Origin: Mobula hypostoma
Taxonomy: Eukaryota
Length of the DNA stretch: 64,000 nucleotides
Assembly: GCF_963921235.1 (NCBI RefSeq)
Contig: NC_086097.1
Span: 65,598,001-65,662,000, forward strand
Reading direction: 5' to 3'
Shown: positions 60,171 to 64,000 of the stretch, piece after piece
How the letters are laid out: each line of letters begins with the position of its first letter
Numbering within the stretch: position 1 is the first letter of the stretch
Notes under the pieces: model-generated
Told to the model about the DNA's origin: nothing
The model's database searches: none
The model's input: only the letters and a program-made list of their open reading frames with translations
Translations under genes and position numbers: made by a program

Positions 60171-60989
60171 AGATGGAGTTCAGTCAGTTTGAGTGGAATT
60201 GACAGTATAGTACAGACATGCACTAAAGATAATGTGATATATTTCTGCACATGCTGATAATTTTATTTTTAACAGACAATCACCAAATCAATGCACCTTT
60301 GACAGAAGCAATTTTTAAACAAAAACAAAAGTTGTGGTCATTAGGTCTCAAAACAGAACCGCTAGTAAATGACAGAATATTTCATGACACAAATGTTTGA
60401 TTCTTTGGATGTGATTTTTTTTTTGCTGTGACTTTAACAATGTAACATGTGTATATATAAAAATCATTTGTGCAAATATGACCTTAAAGCATTTAAAGGC
60501 AACAATGAATCACTTCAGTACATGCAAGGACAAAAAGACCTTTCAAATTTGTCTCTTTTCAGGGACGTGTATGTGAAGATTAGAAATGAAGTGAGGAACT
60601 TGACGTTTCTCAATCATTTCATCTGCTGACGAATTTTAATTGACCTCCTGGATTGTTACTTCAGTGACTGTATATAAATAAATTCCATTCTGCGCAATTT
60701 TTGTGGGTTTCATTTACTCATTGTTCTTTAGTTATTTTTGGAACTTTTCACCAACAGCTTGCTCTAAACATTAGCGTCTTATCTTAAAGTTTTGGATATT
60801 TAATTTAGAACCACCAAAGCAATGTTGGTATAAATAAATCCATACAATGGAATGTTTTCAACAAAATGGCCATATTGAATTACTGTAGGGATGCACATGA
60901 TTGTGTTTAAAATGTAAACAAATTATTAGTGATATTCTTATTATTGGACCATGCTGTGATAACTGATGAACTGCTGTTTTCAGAGTATT

Positions 60990-61795
60990 AAGGGGAGTTG
61001 TTAAGGAAGATGGAAACTCTTTGGACATTGATTGGATGCATAGCCAGGCTGAGAAGTGGCAGATGGAGTTCAATCCAGAAAAGTGTGAAGTGACTTACTT
61101 TGGAAGATCAGACCTGAAGGAAGAATCCAAAGTTAGTGGCATGATTCTTAGTGTGGAGAGGGATCTTGAGGGTCCATGTCCATTGATCTCTCAAAGTTGC
61201 CACACAAGTTAATAAGGTAATTAAGAAGGCATATTGTGTGTTGACTTTCATTAGTCTGAGGATTGAGTTCTAAAGTTGCGGGGTAATGTTGCAGCTCTAT
61301 AAAACTCTGGTAAGACCACATTTGGAGCATTGTGTTCAATTTTGGTCACGTCGCAAGAAGAATATGGAAGCTTTCGAGTGGTTATAGAGGGTGCTTACCT
61401 GAATTAGAAAAAATATCTTGTGAGGAAAGGTTCAGCAAGCTAGGACTTTTGTCTTTGAAGTGAAGTAAGATGAGAGGTGACTTGATAGAGGTAAATAACA
61501 GGCATAGATAGAGTGGACAGCCAGCACCCTTTTCCCAGGTAGGAAATGGCTTCTGCAGGAGGGCATAATTTAAGGTGATTATAGGAAAGTATAGGCAGTT
61601 GTCAGAGGTAGGAATTTACAGTGTTGGGTGCATGGAACGTGCTGCCAGGGGGTGTGGTAAAAGCAGTTACAGCAGGGACATGTCAGACTCTCAGACAAGC
61701 ACATGGATAAAAGAAAAATGATGTCTATGCCGGAGGGAAGCATCTTGGAGTAGGTTAAAGGTTCAGCATATCATCATGGGCTGAAGACTCTGTCC
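60990..61795 (+). mobile_element. CR1 3' fragment
   Basis: 'AEKWQMEFNPEKCEV', 'LYKTLVRPHLE'. Confidence 0.85.
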
Positions 61796-62099
61796 TCCTC
61801 TGCTCATCACCCATCGTCTGTTGTCTACCCTCTGGATGAGCTAACCTGGGTCGGGGGCATTGCTTGAATATAATAGCTGCACTTCTCCAGATTTGAGTCA
61901 GAAATAATTTGAACAGAAAGCGGAAGAGATTTCAAACTTCAAGTGACAAATGATTGGTCAATTACTTTTATATACAAATATGTTAACCACATATTTGGGT
62001 GGAAAATTAAATGCATGGAATTTTGCCACAGATCAAACTTAACCTAATTGGACATTGGAATTTGCCTGACAGAGTACAAACTAGCCTACACTGCCTTCC

Positions 62100-63035
62100 A
62101 GCTTATTGATATACAAATATCAGGAGAGAAATAAGAAAATAAAAAGATAAGTTACCTCAAACAGTCTAGTAGGAGAAGATCATTATTAATTCATTATAGA
62201 ACCTAATGACCTCATATAAAGTTCTTCGTAGTGGCATAGTTGTCTTAATCTATTACTAAAAGTGTTCCTCTGTTCAGCCAAGGTTGTATGCAGAGGGTGA
62301 GAAACATTGCCCAGAATTGTCAGGATTTTCCACAGGGTCCTTTGTTCTACCACAGCCTCCAATGTGTCCAGTTAGACTCCTATAACAGAGCCTGCCTTTC
62401 TAATCAGTTTACTGAGCCTTTTGGCATCACCCGGGTTGAAAATTGTATTGCAAAGAAAATTACTGGCAACATCAGACTGTTCGAACATGTGAAGGAGAGG
62501 CCTGTGTACTCCAAAGGACCTCAGTCTTCTCAAGAAGTAGAGGTAATTCTCGCCCTTGTACACAGCCTCTGTGTTGGTGCTCCACTCAAGTCTGTCATCT
62601 AGGTGCACTGCCAGGTACTTGTAGGTTCTCACTTCATCAATGTCCTCACCATCAATAGCAACAGGGAAGAGTGCAGGCTTAGTCTCCCTAAAGTCCATCA
62701 CCATTTCCTTTGTCTTACGGATGTTGAGCTGCAGATGATTCAGCCCGCACCATTTGACAAAGTTCTCCACCAGGGTCTGGTATTCATCCTCCTGTCTTCT
62801 CTTTATACACCCAACTATTGTTGAGTCATCAGAGCATTTCTGCAGATGATATGACTCTGTGTCGATTCTAAAGTCCAAGCCATACACGGTAAGCAGGAAA
62901 GGAGCCATTACAGTCCCCTGTGGGGCCTCGGTGCTGCTTATAGCCATGTCTGACACACCGCTCTGAAGCTGCAGAAGCTGTGGTCTGCCAGTTAGGTAGT
63001 CCATTATCCAGGATACCTTGGAAGTGTCAACCCAT
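62100..63035 (-). mobile_element. Rex1/Babar 3' fragment
   Basis: ORF 62372-63004 (APQGTV.APFL, SDDSTIVG, LNIRKTKEMVMDFR). Confidence 0.88.
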
Positions 63036-63259
63036 CTACACAGAGGCTTTGGGGAATTATAGACAGGTTAAATGAATGAGAAAAGATATTGAATATAATG
63101 TAGAAAATTGGGAGCACATTAACTTCAGTGGAAAAATAAAGATTAAGTACTGTTTTTCATGTTTGAAGAAACTGCGTGTCTGTATGTTTGCTATACTGGA
63201 TAGGGTGGGCTTGCTTTCCTTCCAATGGAAAAAAGCTGATTAAGGTATATATAAAAAAA

Positions 63260-63960
63260 AATTGAGCAGCATAGATGCCTTAATGACTACCACTTAATAG
63301 CCCTGTCATCCACCAAAATGAAGTGTTTCAAGAGGCAGTCTTGGCCCATTTGAACTGCAGCCTCCCAGACTATATTGAGCTACTGCAATTTGCTGCTACT
63401 GAAACATGTCCACAGTGTGCACCTTCTCCCTGGCCCTACACTCTGAAGCACCTGGGCAATTAAAGACTCCTATATTCGACTAGTTTATTGACTAAAACTC
63501 TACTTTCAATACTGTAATTCCAAGCATACTCACTCCAAATTTCTAGGACTCAGCATCTTCCTTTGCAACTGGATCTTTGACTTGCAGATCAACAGCCCAC
63601 AATCTGTAAGGATTATGAGCAACATCTCTGGAATTTGGAGTGAGTATCTTCAGCATGATATCCTGGAAGGCTGTGTCCTCAGCCCTCTACTTCACTGCCT
63701 ATGCACCCAAGCCTCTATAGCTAGATTTGATTTTAACTCCATTTGAATGTTTGCAGTTGAAACCACTGTAGTGGGATGAATCTCCAATAATAATGAGTTG
63801 GAATATAGAAAGGAGATAGGTTAGCAATATGGTGTCATAACAACACCTTTCCTCCAATGTCAGGAAAACAAATGAGTTTGTCATTGAATTCAGGAAGGGG
63901 TGGGGTGTTTACATGCCCCTGTTTACATCAGCACTGAAGTTGAGAGTTTCAAGTCCCGGA
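63260..63960 (+). mobile_element. Old Rex1/Babar RT fragment
   Basis: Decayed 'KMKCF', 'FNTVIPS', 'GCVLSPLL' and 'IEFRK'. Confidence 0.7.
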
Positions 63961-64000
63961 AGACTAAGGGTATTTTACGGTTTTTGGATTTATTTTTAGA

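Overview
Eukaryotic genomic DNA, almost certainly from a cartilaginous fish and probably a ray or skate. This is inferred from the repeat mix: CR1 with an SGNH-esterase ORF1, Rex1/Babar, RTE, L1/Tx1, Neptune-type Penelope, V-SINE and other tRNA-derived SINEs. Most of the window is decayed, heavily nested transposable elements, and every ORF in the track that I can recognise is a TE fragment. I could not identify any host protein-coding exon. The main host signal is a CpG-rich promoter-like island at ~26.8-27.1 kb, with a + strand GTAAGT donor and possible divergent minus-strand exons. The most notable structures are: Penelope pLTR copies with minimal hammerhead ribozymes, including a TSD-flanked 100-bp-arm palindrome; an internally deleted Helitron with both termini intact; an L1 with both a 5' inversion and a 3' transduction; a fold-back Tc1; two solo LTRs; a Chapaev3 remnant; and a (CTAAT)n-tailed non-tRNA retroposon. 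I found no convincing undescribed multi-gene system. Coordinates of old TE fragments are approximate.
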